In this document: one piece after another, positions 36,070-45,601 of the stretch
How positions within the stretch are numbered: position 1 is the first letter of the stretch
Layout of the letters: each line of letters opens with the position of its first letter
Origin: Clostridiaceae bacterium
GTDB taxonomy: Bacteria; Bacillota; Clostridia; Saccharofermentanales; UBA5734
Assembly: GCA_012523135.1 (NCBI GenBank)
Contig: JAAYJD010000295.1
Span: 20,366 to 84,365 of the forward strand
Reading direction: 5' to 3'
Length of the DNA: 64,000 nucleotides
The notes under the pieces: generated by a model
What the model was told of the DNA's origin: nothing
The model's input: the letters and a program-made list of their open reading frames with translations, nothing else
The model's database searches: none
Translations under genes and position numbers: made by a program

Positions 36070-36900
36070 ATGAGAATCGCCATGAACGCCTGGTCCATAC
36101 CGGCCCACATCCCGTTCGATGAGATGTTCGCCCAGATCGCCGCGGCGGGTTTTTCCGGTATTGAGCTGAACCTCGACCGCGCGGATGCGTCGGCCCACAG
36201 CCTGACCGCCGATACAGACGCCCGGACCATCCGGCAGATCCGGACGCTCAGCGAACAGCACCAGCTGCCGGTCTGCAGCGTTTCAACCTCGCTTTACGGT
36301 TCAAACCAGCTCGGATCCGCCGACGCCGCACAGCGGCGCCGCGGTCAGGATATCCTCAGGCGCCAGCTGGAGCTGGCTCGCGGTCTGGACGCCGGCGCCA
36401 TCCTGGCTGTCCCCGGCGGCAACAGCGACCAGGTGCCGCGCCTGGACGCCTATGCCTACGCCAGGCAGACGCTGCTGGAGATCAAGGGCGAAATCGAAGC
36501 GTCTGGCATCCAGGTCGGCCTGGAAAATGTCTGGAACAGCTTCTTCCTCTCCCCTGCCGACCTCAGCGGCTTCATCGCCGACCTGGCCAGCCCGGCGATC
36601 GGCGCGTACTTCGATGTCGGCAATGTCGCCGTCTTCTCACGCCCCGAAGACTGGATCGACGCGTTGGCCGGCCGGATTTTCCGCATCCATATCAAGGACT
36701 TCAAGCGGGGTGCCAGCTGGTACAGCGGCCACTTCGCCAACCTCTACGAAGGCAGCATCAACTGGGCCAGCATCATGGCCAGCCTGCGCCAGGCCGGGTA
36801 TGACGGCTGGATGACGGCCGAGCTCGCGACAATGCCGCAGCATCCCGAACTGCTTTACCAGATGACCGCTTCTGCCATGAACCACATGCTTGAGACCTGA
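36070..36900 (+). CDS. sugar phosphate isomerase/epimerase (TIM barrel)
   Basis: 276 aa from the ATG at 36070 (GGGAGG SD). Motifs GFSGIELN, GLENVWN, HIKDF. Confidence 0.85.
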   Translation: MRIAMNAWSIPAHIPFDEMFAQIAAAGFSGIELNLDRADASAHSLTADTDARTIRQIRTLSEQHQLPVCSVSTSLYGSNQLGSADAAQRRRGQDILRRQLELARGLDAGAILAVPGGNSDQVPRLDAYAYARQTLLEIKGEIEASGIQVGLENVWNSFFLSPADLSGFIADLASPAIGAYFDVGNVAVFSRPEDWIDALAGRIFRIHIKDFKRGASWYSGHFANLYEGSINWASIMASLRQAGYDGWMTAELATMPQHPELLYQMTASAMNHMLET

Positions 36901-36932
36901 AACCAGAACGATCGCACTAGGAGGAACCGAAC

Positions 36933-37997
36933 ATGAAAAAACTCGCCCTGATCGGCTGCGGCGGCATCGGCCGCTACCATTTGCAGCATTTCCTGCAGTT
37001 CAAGGACATCCGGCTTGCCGGCTTCTGCGACCTGATTCCCGAACGGGCTGCCAGCTTCGCCGCCGAAGCCGGCGGAGCCGCCTTCACCGACTTCCGCGAG
37101 ATGTACGATACCGTCCAGCCGGACATGGTGTTCATCGGGATCCCGCCGACCGCCCACGGCGAGATCGAGCTGGAAACCATCCGGCGCTCGATCCCCTTCT
37201 TTGTCGAAAAGCCGGTCGCGCTCGACCTTAGCCTGGCCAAGCAAATCCGCGACGCGGTCAGTAAGGCCGGCCTGATCACGGCCGTCGGCTTCCAGTGCCG
37301 CTACAGCAATCTGGCGGAAGTGACCCGCGACTATGTCCAGCAGCATGAGATCGCCCTGATCCAGTGCGCGCGCATCGGCGGTGTGCCCGAGGTCGCCTGG
37401 TGGCGCGACAAGAGCCTGTCCGGCGGTCAGATCGTCGAGCAGACCATCCACCAGTTCGACCTGATCCGCGCCGTCTACGGCGAGCCCGTCAGTGTAAGCA
37501 CCATGGGAATGCGCGGCCTGGTCACCGAGGTTCCCGATTACGACACCGACGACCTGTCGGTCAGCGTGATCCGCTTTGCCGGCGGCGCGCTGGGCAGCAT
37601 CGCAACCGGCTGCTACGCCCTGGACAGCGCCTCCTTTGACAGTAAGATCACCTTCGGCAGCCGCAAATCCCGCCTCGACCATTACCTGCTCCAAAAAGTC
37701 GACCAATACGGTGAACTGCCGGCCGGCGATGCAAGCACCTCATCCGAAGGCCTGATTTTCAAGGGCGACGGCACGATGGTGCAGTCCGGCCGCGAACAGG
37801 GGCTGTCTGTCAAGGAAAGCGGCGACGCCGGCCTGCGCTGCGACCGCACCTTTATTGACGCCGTCCTGAGCGGCGACGGCAGCAAGATCCGCTCCCCCTA
37901 TGCCGATGCCGTCAAGTCCCTGGCCTTCACGCTCGCCTGCAACCAGTCGATGGCCAGCGGCCAGACGATCGACATCCAGGCCCTGCTTGCCGAATAG
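36933..37997 (+). CDS. Gfo/Idh/MocA family oxidoreductase
   Basis: 354 aa. Rossmann start KLALIGCGGIGRYH. AGGAGG SD. Confidence 0.9.
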   Translation: MKKLALIGCGGIGRYHLQHFLQFKDIRLAGFCDLIPERAASFAAEAGGAAFTDFREMYDTVQPDMVFIGIPPTAHGEIELETIRRSIPFFVEKPVALDLSLAKQIRDAVSKAGLITAVGFQCRYSNLAEVTRDYVQQHEIALIQCARIGGVPEVAWWRDKSLSGGQIVEQTIHQFDLIRAVYGEPVSVSTMGMRGLVTEVPDYDTDDLSVSVIRFAGGALGSIATGCYALDSASFDSKITFGSRKSRLDHYLLQKVDQYGELPAGDASTSSEGLIFKGDGTMVQSGREQGLSVKESGDAGLRCDRTFIDAVLSGDGSKIRSPYADAVKSLAFTLACNQSMASGQTIDIQALLAE

Positions 37998-38074
37998 GCG
38001 GCCTGGCCGGGGATTGACGCCTCATTTCCCAGCGTGTTATCGTGTGCTGAAAAGCAAAGAAACGAGTGGGGATT

Positions 38075-38842
38075 ATGACGCCTGTTGAGATGCTCCTGAT
38101 CGTATGCCCTCTGATCTTCTTGGCGAGCTTTATCGACAGCATCGCCGGCGGCGGAGGGCTGATCAGCATCCCGGCCTATTTATTGACCGGCATCCCCACC
38201 CACATGGCCTTCGGCAGCAACAAGCTTTCCGCCAGCGCCGGCACGGCGTTCGCGACGCTGCGTTTTTATCGCCATGGTAAAATCCACCTGCGCGGCGCGC
38301 TCATTTCGGCGGCCCTGGCCCTGGCCGGAGCCGCCTTGGGAGCGCGCCTGAATCTATTGATCGACGCAGCCGTTCTCAAGAAAATCATGCTGGTCATCGT
38401 GCCGGCGGTTGCCGTGTTCGTCCTGATTAGGGGCCGAAACGGCAAAAGCCGCCCCCAGCAGCTGGAGGGGCGGCCGCTCGACCTGGTCTGCGCCCTGGCC
38501 GGTTTCGTGATCGGCATGTACGACGGCCTGGTCGGCCCGGGCACGGGCTCCTTCCTGATCGTCGCCTACACGGCGGCAGCCGGTTACGACCATGTCACGG
38601 CCAGCGGCAACGCCAAGGTCGTCAACCTGGCCTCCAACCTGGCCAGCCTGGCCGTATTCATCGCCTCCGGCCAGGTGCTCTATTGGCTGGCCCTGCCGGC
38701 TGCGGCCTGCGGTATCCTGGGCGGCTGGACCGGCAGCAAGCTGGCGATCCAAAAAGGCCGCCGCATGATCCAGGCTGTCCTGATCCTGGTTATGCTCGGG
38801 ATCATCGTCAAATTAGCTGTGGATGTCCTGCTGTCGAACTGA
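38075..38842 (+). CDS. TauE/SafE family anion (sulfite/organosulfonate) exporter
   Basis: About 255 aa and polytopic. DSIAGGGGLISIPA motif. The alternative GTG start is at 38066. Confidence 0.85.
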   Translation: MTPVEMLLIVCPLIFLASFIDSIAGGGGLISIPAYLLTGIPTHMAFGSNKLSASAGTAFATLRFYRHGKIHLRGALISAALALAGAALGARLNLLIDAAVLKKIMLVIVPAVAVFVLIRGRNGKSRPQQLEGRPLDLVCALAGFVIGMYDGLVGPGTGSFLIVAYTAAAGYDHVTASGNAKVVNLASNLASLAVFIASGQVLYWLALPAAACGILGGWTGSKLAIQKGRRMIQAVLILVMLGIIVKLAVDVLLSN

Positions 38843-38854
38843 CCGATCCGTTCT

Positions 38855-39901
38855 TCAATCAAAGACCAGCACCGATTTGACGATTTCGGCCTTGTTGCGG
38901 GCGCTTTCCGCCATGGCCCGCCCGATGTCGTCAAAACGGTAGGTGTTGGTGACAATTTTCCCGGGGTCGATCAAACCGTCCGCGACCGCCTGGATGGCCA
39001 CCGGATAGACATGGCGGTAGCGGAAGACGCTCTTCAGGGTCAGTTCCTTGTCCAGAATCTGGCTGACCGGTAGCTTCAGCTCGCCGCCGGCGCTGTAGCC
39101 GACCAGCACGATGGTTGACCCCTTCTTGACCAGCCGGATGGCCTGGCGCGTCGTCGTTTCCGTCCCGGCCGTCTCGAAAGCCAGGTCAAAGCCCCGCCCG
39201 CCGGTCAGGTCCGTCAAACGCTGTTCGACATCGCCGTCTCCAGCCTGGATGACATGGCGTGCGCCCAGCTCGCGCGCTTTGGCCAGCCGGTTTTCCAGGA
39301 TATCGACGACCGTCACGTCGTGGATGCCGCTGGCGCGCAAGGCCAGCAAGGTCATCAGTCCGATGCAGCCGGCGCCGAATACGATTGCAGACTGGCCCAG
39401 TACCGCCTGCCCCTGGCGGATTGCGTGGAACCCGACCGCCAGCGGTTCGATCAGGGCGCCCGCCACCGCGTCGACAGATTCCGGCAGCTTGAAGCAAAGC
39501 GCGGCATCGTGCGCGACATATTCCTGGAAGACGCCGTCGACCGGCGGGGTGGCGAAAAAGACGACATCCGGGCACAGGTTATAGCGTCCGGTGCGGCAGA
39601 ATTCGCAGGTCCCGCACGTTTTGCCGGGCTCCAGGGCCACCCGGTCGCCCGCTTTCAGGTGGCTGACCGCCTCGCCCGCGCGCACGACGACACCGGCACA
39701 CTCGTGGCCCAGCACAAATGGCGGTTCGACAATAAAATCGCTGATCCGCCCATGTTCGTAATAATGAAGATCGGAGCCGCAGACCCCGACCGCCTGGATC
39801 TTGACCAGAACCTCGTGATCCTGGGGCACCGGAACTGGCCGTGTTTCCCAGGCCAGCTGCCCGATCCCGGTCATCACGGCCGTACGCATGGTTTGATTCA
39901 T
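38855..39901 (-). CDS. zinc-dependent alcohol/polyol dehydrogenase (sorbitol/threonine DH-like MDR)
   Basis: 348 aa. Catalytic Zn GHECAGVV, structural Zn CGTCEFCRTGRYNLC, NAD motif VFGAGCIGL. GGGAGG SD. Confidence 0.92.
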   Translation of the reverse strand: MNQTMRTAVMTGIGQLAWETRPVPVPQDHEVLVKIQAVGVCGSDLHYYEHGRISDFIVEPPFVLGHECAGVVVRAGEAVSHLKAGDRVALEPGKTCGTCEFCRTGRYNLCPDVVFFATPPVDGVFQEYVAHDAALCFKLPESVDAVAGALIEPLAVGFHAIRQGQAVLGQSAIVFGAGCIGLMTLLALRASGIHDVTVVDILENRLAKARELGARHVIQAGDGDVEQRLTDLTGGRGFDLAFETAGTETTTRQAIRLVKKGSTIVLVGYSAGGELKLPVSQILDKELTLKSVFRYRHVYPVAIQAVADGLIDPGKIVTNTYRFDDIGRAMAESARNKAEIVKSVLVFD

Positions 39902-39953
39902 CTAGATCGCCTCCCTGTTGTGCCAATAGCTTGTGCTGCCATTATACCGCCAG

Positions 39954-41006
39954 TCACCGCTCTCTGGCCAGAAAATCCCGTACGAACGCGTCGTCGTTGA
40001 GATGGGGGTACTGGCGCTGGATGCGATCCAGCGCTGCGCCCTGGCCGGGGGACAGACCGGCACCGGGTTCAAGGGTCCAGATCCCGTCCATGAGTCCTTG
40101 CCGGCGCAAAACCTCGTGGATGCCCGTGATGCAGCCGGCAAAACGGTTGGCCGTGTCGAAGACGGCGCTGTTGCAGTCGGTCACCTGGCTGGCCAGGGTC
40201 AGCCAGTCCGTCTTGACCGAGTCCGCTTTCAGCTCCGCCTTGAGCTGCCGGAACAGCGCCACCGCCTGATGCGTCCAGACCGCCCAGTGGCCGAGCAGCC
40301 CGCCGGTAAACCGGGCCGTATAAACCCGGCCGTCCTGCTCGAAGCGGTGCTCGGTCAGCAGGTCGAGCAGGATGTGGTCGTCGTTGCCGGTATAGAGGGC
40401 GATCTGGCCGGCCCGTTCGCTCAGGGCGGCGGCACGCAGCACGTCGAGGGTCAGGTAGCGGTCGAAGGGCGCGGCCTTGATCGCGACCACGTTCCCGATC
40501 GCGCAAAGCTGCTGCCAGTAGGCAAAGCTGAACACGCGGCCGCCGACAGCCGGCTGAAGGTAGAAGCCGATCACGGGCATCCGGGCCGCGACCGCCCGCG
40601 TCCGTTCCAGCAGCTCGGCTTCGCTGAGCCCGGCCAGGCCGCCGGGGCTGAGCAAAACGGCGTCATAGCCCAGGTGGCGGGCCAGGTCCGCCTCGCGGAC
40701 GGCCTGATCGGTCGGCCCACAGGCACCGGCGACGCGGACGATGGCCTGGCCGGTCCTCTGCTCATGGCGCTGGATTTCATCGGCCGCCAGGGCGAGCACC
40801 GGTTCGAACAGGCCGATCCCCTCCTGGCGGATCTCAAACTGGGTGGTGTGGACGCCGACCGCCAGGCCGCCGGCGCCGGCAGCCAGGTAATAGCGGATCA
40901 AGCGCCGCTGACCGGCGGAATCGAGCGTGCGGTCCGGGCGGATGACCAGCGGCATCGCCGGAATGACCGTGCCTTCGGCAAGGATACGGGCAGCTTCTTG
41001 TCGCAT
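39954..41006 (-). CDS. dihydrodipicolinate-synthase-like (DapA-fold aldolase family) protein
   Basis: 350 aa. TIM-barrel aldolase-like (AGAGGLAVGVHTTQFEIR). Its ATG shares one nucleotide with the upstream stop (TGATG). Confidence 0.65.
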   Translation of the reverse strand: MRQEAARILAEGTVIPAMPLVIRPDRTLDSAGQRRLIRYYLAAGAGGLAVGVHTTQFEIRQEGIGLFEPVLALAADEIQRHEQRTGQAIVRVAGACGPTDQAVREADLARHLGYDAVLLSPGGLAGLSEAELLERTRAVAARMPVIGFYLQPAVGGRVFSFAYWQQLCAIGNVVAIKAAPFDRYLTLDVLRAAALSERAGQIALYTGNDDHILLDLLTEHRFEQDGRVYTARFTGGLLGHWAVWTHQAVALFRQLKAELKADSVKTDWLTLASQVTDCNSAVFDTANRFAGCITGIHEVLRRQGLMDGIWTLEPGAGLSPGQGAALDRIQRQYPHLNDDAFVRDFLARER

Positions 41007-42022
41007 CAGAATTGTCCCTCCCGTTCGTCAAAATGCGTCGGTTTGTTGCGAGAGCGCCCGCCCTCCAGCAGCCATTCGGCCTGCCAGCGGATCAAGGTCT
41101 CGGCGCTGACCTGCGGATAGCCGAACAGGCGCATGCAGCGGCCGGCATGGTTCAGGTATGCCCGATCGGTCGCGTCGTCGAGCAGGATGGGCTGCCGGCC
41201 CAGGTGCTCGCCCAGCAGGCGGGCCGTATGGCGGACAGACAAGGTTTCCGGTCCGGTGACATTCAGCCGGACCGCCGGGCTGTCCGCCAGGAGCAGGCCG
41301 CGGATGGCAACCTCGTTGGCATATCCCTGCCAGACACAGTTGAAGCAGGGTGTCTTTTGGGATATCGGCTCGCCGGCCTGGATTTTGGCGGCGATGTCGT
41401 GCAGCACGCCGTAGCGCAGGTCGACGGCATAATTGAGGCGGTAGAGCAGCACCTTGCTGCCATACGCCTGGGCGGCGTGCTCGAACAGGCGTTCGCGCGC
41501 CAGGCAGCTCATGGCGTACTCGCCGACCGGGCCCGTCGGGTCCTCTTCGCTGCAGCCGCCACCGGCCAATGGCGACAGCGGATACACATTGCCGGTCGAG
41601 AACACGACCAGGCGAGCCTCGCGGAAGCGGCGGCCGACCAGAGTCGGCAGGGCCGCGTTCAAGGCCCACGTGCCGGCCTCCTGTCCGGTCGTACCGAACT
41701 TGCGTCCCGCCATGTAAAGGATGTTGGGCGTCTCCGGCAGCCTGTCCAGCGCCCCGTCGGACAGCAAGTCGCACGGCAGCACCTCGACGCCGGAGCGGGT
41801 CAGGTAGTCGGCCGCTTCAGGTTCGGAGAAGCGGGACACCGCGATCACCCGACCGGCAGTCCGGCTGGCCGAACGGGCCTTTTGGGCCAGCACCGCCAGG
41901 GTCGGACCCATCTTGCCCCCGGCACCCAGGACCATGATGTCGCCCTCGATGTTCTCCATGTCCGCGATCAGCTGCGCCGACGGCGTCGTCAAGATCCGGT
42001 CCAGTTCCTTTTCGGTCCACAT
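41006..42022 (-). CDS. NAD-dependent epimerase/dehydratase family protein
   Basis: 338 aa from the ATG at 42022 (GGAAGGAAG SD). Rossmann motif MVLGAGGKMGPTL. Confidence 0.82.
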   Translation of the reverse strand: MWTEKELDRILTTPSAQLIADMENIEGDIMVLGAGGKMGPTLAVLAQKARSASRTAGRVIAVSRFSEPEAADYLTRSGVEVLPCDLLSDGALDRLPETPNILYMAGRKFGTTGQEAGTWALNAALPTLVGRRFREARLVVFSTGNVYPLSPLAGGGCSEEDPTGPVGEYAMSCLARERLFEHAAQAYGSKVLLYRLNYAVDLRYGVLHDIAAKIQAGEPISQKTPCFNCVWQGYANEVAIRGLLLADSPAVRLNVTGPETLSVRHTARLLGEHLGRQPILLDDATDRAYLNHAGRCMRLFGYPQVSAETLIRWQAEWLLEGGRSRNKPTHFDEREGQF

Positions 42023-42047
42023 CGCGCATCTTCCTTCCATCGGCCGG

Positions 42048-42668
42048 TTACAGGCACAGATAAGCCAGCAGCATGGCGCGGGTCTCAATCTTACGCTGTT
42101 CGATCTGCTCCGCGCAGCACAGATCGCGTTCGAACAGGTGTGACAAGGTATAACAGTTGGAAAAATTAGCGAAACAGGCGGTGATCAGGGACAAGGCCAC
42201 ATCCTGCTCGTCCAGCTCGGGGCGAAAAACCCCCAGGGCTTTGCCCGCGGCGACAGCATCCCGGATGTAGGCAAAAGCCGGTCTTTCCAGGTCCTGGACG
42301 GGCAGTGCCTTGAGATAAGCGGCTTTGTTGAGGTTTTCCCACATGACGATGCTGACAAACTGAGGATCGCCGGCCAAAAAATCAAAATAGAGATCGATCA
42401 CGGCCCCGATCAGGTCCCGGCCGCCCAGCCCGTCCGCAACCAGCTGTGCCTCGGCACGCTCCATGCGCTTGTAGACCGCCTGCAGGACACTCATGTAGAG
42501 CGCCTCCTTGCTGCCGAAGTAGGCGTAGATCATGCGCTTGTTGATACCGGCCAGGGCGGCGATCTCATCGACGCGCGCCCCATAGAGCCCCTTGCTGGCA
42601 AATTCCGCTTCGGCCGCCTGCAGGATATCCAGGCGTGACTGCTCCGCGTTGCGTTCCCGTTTGCTCAT
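42048..42668 (-). CDS. TetR/AcrR family transcriptional regulator
   Basis: 206 aa from the ATG at 42668 (GAGGTG SD). HTH GLYGARVDEIAALAGINKRMIYAYFGSKEALY. Confidence 0.9.
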   Translation of the reverse strand: MSKRERNAEQSRLDILQAAEAEFASKGLYGARVDEIAALAGINKRMIYAYFGSKEALYMSVLQAVYKRMERAEAQLVADGLGGRDLIGAVIDLYFDFLAGDPQFVSIVMWENLNKAAYLKALPVQDLERPAFAYIRDAVAAGKALGVFRPELDEQDVALSLITACFANFSNCYTLSHLFERDLCCAEQIEQRKIETRAMLLAYLCL

Positions 42669-42698
42669 CGTGCACCTCATCAGGCTTGCTCACATTTA

Positions 42699-42718
42699 GT
42701 AACTCACCAGTTAGTTAC
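42699..42718. promoter_or_regulatory. candidate TetR operator
   Basis: GTAACT-N8-AGTTAC (also TAACT-N4-AGTTA), 31 nt upstream of the tetR start. Confidence 0.4.
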
Positions 42719-42761
42719 ATTTTAAACGCGCCAACACGCCTGTCAAGTGGCCGCAGACGCT

Positions 42762-43952
42762 TCAGGCCAGGATGCGGATCGGCAGATCTCCGCCGGTCAG
42801 GCAGCGGCAGCCGGTCGCGGTGATCTGGTAGGTCTCCTCGACACCGACCATCCCTTCGCCGGGCACGGCGCATTTCGGCTCCAGGGCAACAACCATGCCG
42901 GCTTGAAGCGGCTGCCCGAAGCCGGCGGCGATCACCGGCATCTCGTCGATCTGCAGGCCGACGCCGTGGCCCAGGAAACGAACCGGGTCGTCGGGATAGC
43001 CCATGAAATGATCCTGCAGCACGTCCGGAAGATCCTTAAGGGCTTGCGCGTACAGCCGGGCCGGTATGGCGCCAGGCTTCAGGCCGGAAACCAGATTGGC
43101 CAGCACGTCCCGGCAGGCCTGGTGAACCGACCGGGCCCGCGCCGAAGGTTCGCCGCCAAAGCAGTAGACCTGCGTTTTGTCGCTGTGGTAGCCGTCCACG
43201 CCGTAGCCGACATCGACAAAGACCAGGTCGCCCCGACCCAGGCGGCGATGTCGGTCGCCGACGATCGGCACGGCCGGGGACATGCCGCGCATACCGCCCG
43301 GCCCGTTAAAATTTGTCGGGTATATGGCGTTCGTGCCAAAGCCCAGCTGACCGACAATCATCTCCATCTGGGGCATGGCAAACCGGGAGACCCCCTGGTA
43401 GCCAAGCTTGACCATGGCGGCATAAAGTTCAGCCAAAAAGTCGGTTTCGCTCATGCCCTCGCGCAGCATGCCGGGAACGAGTTCGTTAAGCAGCCGGGCG
43501 TGCTGCCGGCCGGATTCGGCGACGACCAGCAGCTCGGAGCTGCTCTTGACGGCGCGCAGGTCCAGGATGATCCGGTCGATGCCCGACTGCCGTTCAAAGC
43601 GGAAGTATTTCCGGATGCGCTCGCAGGCTGCCAGCGTCATCGTCTCCAGCTCCAGTCCGACATGGCCCAGATCCTGCGCCAGGACCGTCAGCATGTCGCG
43701 ATACGAATTAACCGGCACCACGATGTCGAGCGGGCATTCCCGGCGGGCCCGGGTCGCACTCTTGCGCACAAAATAGCGCACCAGGCCGTCCGGCCTCAGG
43801 ACGAGCAGCCCGTCCTGCATCGTGCCGGTCAGGTAAAACTGGTTGACCTTATTGATGATCAGGAGCGAGTCAAGGCCGGGCAGGACATCCTGGCAGGCCT
43901 GCCAAAGCCGGTGCTGGCGCTCGAGCAGTTCGCCGGCCGTTGGCGCGCTCAT
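42762..43952 (-). CDS. M24 family metallopeptidase (Xaa-Pro aminopeptidase-like)
   Basis: 396 aa. Pita-bread metal ligand regions DVGYGVDGYHSD, HGVGLQIDE, EETY. The ATG overlaps the galT stop (ATGA). Confidence 0.88.
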   Translation of the reverse strand: MSAPTAGELLERQHRLWQACQDVLPGLDSLLIINKVNQFYLTGTMQDGLLVLRPDGLVRYFVRKSATRARRECPLDIVVPVNSYRDMLTVLAQDLGHVGLELETMTLAACERIRKYFRFERQSGIDRIILDLRAVKSSSELLVVAESGRQHARLLNELVPGMLREGMSETDFLAELYAAMVKLGYQGVSRFAMPQMEMIVGQLGFGTNAIYPTNFNGPGGMRGMSPAVPIVGDRHRRLGRGDLVFVDVGYGVDGYHSDKTQVYCFGGEPSARARSVHQACRDVLANLVSGLKPGAIPARLYAQALKDLPDVLQDHFMGYPDDPVRFLGHGVGLQIDEMPVIAAGFGQPLQAGMVVALEPKCAVPGEGMVGVEETYQITATGCRCLTGGDLPIRILA

Positions 43953-45493
43953 GACCGGTTCACCTGCCCAATCCGGGCACCTGCGGCCTGCAGGAAGCGG
44001 ACGAGGGCGGCTTGCCCGGCAGCGTCCTGTTTCATGACGCCGGCATCCGCCAGGACGCGCAAGAACGTGTCCGTGACGCCCTGACGGACCACCTGGCGGG
44101 CCTCGTCCGCGCTGAGCGGCTGGTGCTGCTGGCGCCTGAGCTGCTCGGCCCAGGGCAGATGCGGCGGCGCGACCGTCACCGGCAGTCCCTGCAGGTAATG
44201 CTCGACCGTCTCCAGTTCCGTCAGCAGGCGGGCCGGCAGGACAGCCAGGCCCATCACCTCGATCAGGCCGATGTTTTCCTTCTTGATGTGGTGGACGTCC
44301 GCGTGCGGATGGAAGATACCCAGCGGGTGCTCGCCGCTCTGGCGGTTGTTGCGCAGGACCAGATCCAGTTCAAACGCCTGACCGCGGCGGCGGGCGATCG
44401 GCGTGATCGTGTTGTGCGGCCCCTGTTCGTCATGGGCGACGATGTCCGCTTCCCGGTCCGTATGCTCACGCCAGGCCAGCAGGATCTGTTCGGCCAGATC
44501 GGTCAGCATCTCCGGCACAGCGGCGCGCAGGCGCAGCGTGGTCATCGGCCAGTCGAGCACCTCGGCCGCGACCTCCGGCCATGCGGGCCAGCTCAGCGTC
44601 ATGACACTGCCCGCCCGGGCCATCGGCAGCTCATAGCACCCGCCCTGGTAATGGTCATGGGTCAGGATCGACCCGCCGACAATCGGCAGGTCGGCATTTG
44701 AGCCGGCGAAATAATGCGGGAAGCGCCTAACGAACGTCAGCAGGTTGGTGATGGTCTGGCGGTCGATGTGCATGTCGCGATGCTCGTGAGACAAGATGAT
44801 GCAATGTTCCGGGTAATAGGCATAGGGCGAATACTGGAAATACCAGGGTTCGCCGCCCAGCTCGATCCGGATCAAGCGGTGGTTGGCGCGGGCAGGATGG
44901 CCGATGCGGCCGGCATAGCCTTCATTTTCAAGGCAAAGCAGGCAGCGGGGATACCCGCTGCTGCGCAGGTGGCGGGCCGCGGCAATATCGCGGGGGTTCT
45001 TCTCCGGCTTGGACAAGTTGATCGTGATGTCGAGCACGCCGTAGGGCGACGGCGCCTGGTAGACCACGTTGCGGGCGATCTGGCGCGTCTGGATGTCGTT
45101 GGACGACTGGCAAAACCGGTAGAACCAGTCGGTCGCCTGCCGCGGACTCTCCCGGCAAAGCGCTTCAAAACGCTGCTGGATGACCGACGGTTTGTCCAGG
45201 AACAGGTTAATCAGGTCCGCGGCCAGGATCTCGCGTAGATCGGTCAGATCCTCCAGGACACCCCGGGCAACCGCGTCTTCGACCAGTTGCATCAGCCGTT
45301 CGGGGATCGATGTCCGTCCGGCGGCCGCCTCGGCCCGGGCCAGCAGGCGGTCCGACTCAAAGCCTTCGACCCGCAGCCGGTCACAAAGCCGGTTGATCAT
45401 GTAGACGCGGTCTTTCTCGTCGATCAGGTCCTGGCGGCCGGCCAGCACAACCAGCTGGACGATGTGTTCCTGGAGTCTGTCAGTTGCTATCAT
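43949..45493 (-). CDS. galT: UDP-glucose--hexose-1-phosphate uridylyltransferase (long, type-2 GalT)
   Basis: 514 aa from the ATG at 45493 (GGGAAGG SD). Active-site THDHYQGG. Gram-positive long-form architecture. Confidence 0.9.
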   Translation of the reverse strand: MIATDRLQEHIVQLVVLAGRQDLIDEKDRVYMINRLCDRLRVEGFESDRLLARAEAAAGRTSIPERLMQLVEDAVARGVLEDLTDLREILAADLINLFLDKPSVIQQRFEALCRESPRQATDWFYRFCQSSNDIQTRQIARNVVYQAPSPYGVLDITINLSKPEKNPRDIAAARHLRSSGYPRCLLCLENEGYAGRIGHPARANHRLIRIELGGEPWYFQYSPYAYYPEHCIILSHEHRDMHIDRQTITNLLTFVRRFPHYFAGSNADLPIVGGSILTHDHYQGGCYELPMARAGSVMTLSWPAWPEVAAEVLDWPMTTLRLRAAVPEMLTDLAEQILLAWREHTDREADIVAHDEQGPHNTITPIARRRGQAFELDLVLRNNRQSGEHPLGIFHPHADVHHIKKENIGLIEVMGLAVLPARLLTELETVEHYLQGLPVTVAPPHLPWAEQLRRQQHQPLSADEARQVVRQGVTDTFLRVLADAGVMKQDAAGQAALVRFLQAAGARIGQVNRS

Positions 45494-45552
45494 GGGCTTA
45501 CCTTCCCTGCTGTCGATTTTCGGGGCAATATCCCCAAAGCACTTTTTACAAT

Positions 45553-45581
45553 AACACAAAAAGGTCCCGCTTGAGGAGACC
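45553..45581 (-). terminator. rho-independent terminator after the DNA glycosylase gene
   Basis: On the - strand: GGTCTC-CTCAAGC-GGGACC (6 bp including one G:U), followed by TTTTTGTGTT. Confidence 0.5.
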
Positions 45582-45601
45582 GTTAACCGGTGTGAATCCA
45601 G

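Noticed and set aside
26573-42718. Recurrence of GTAAC/GTTAC cores in three separate candidate operators (PadR at 26573, XRE at 27834, TetR at 42699)
   Set aside because: 5-mers recur by chance. The three sites have different spacings (2, 6 and 8 nt) and belong to different regulator families. I treat this as coincidence, not a shared regulon.
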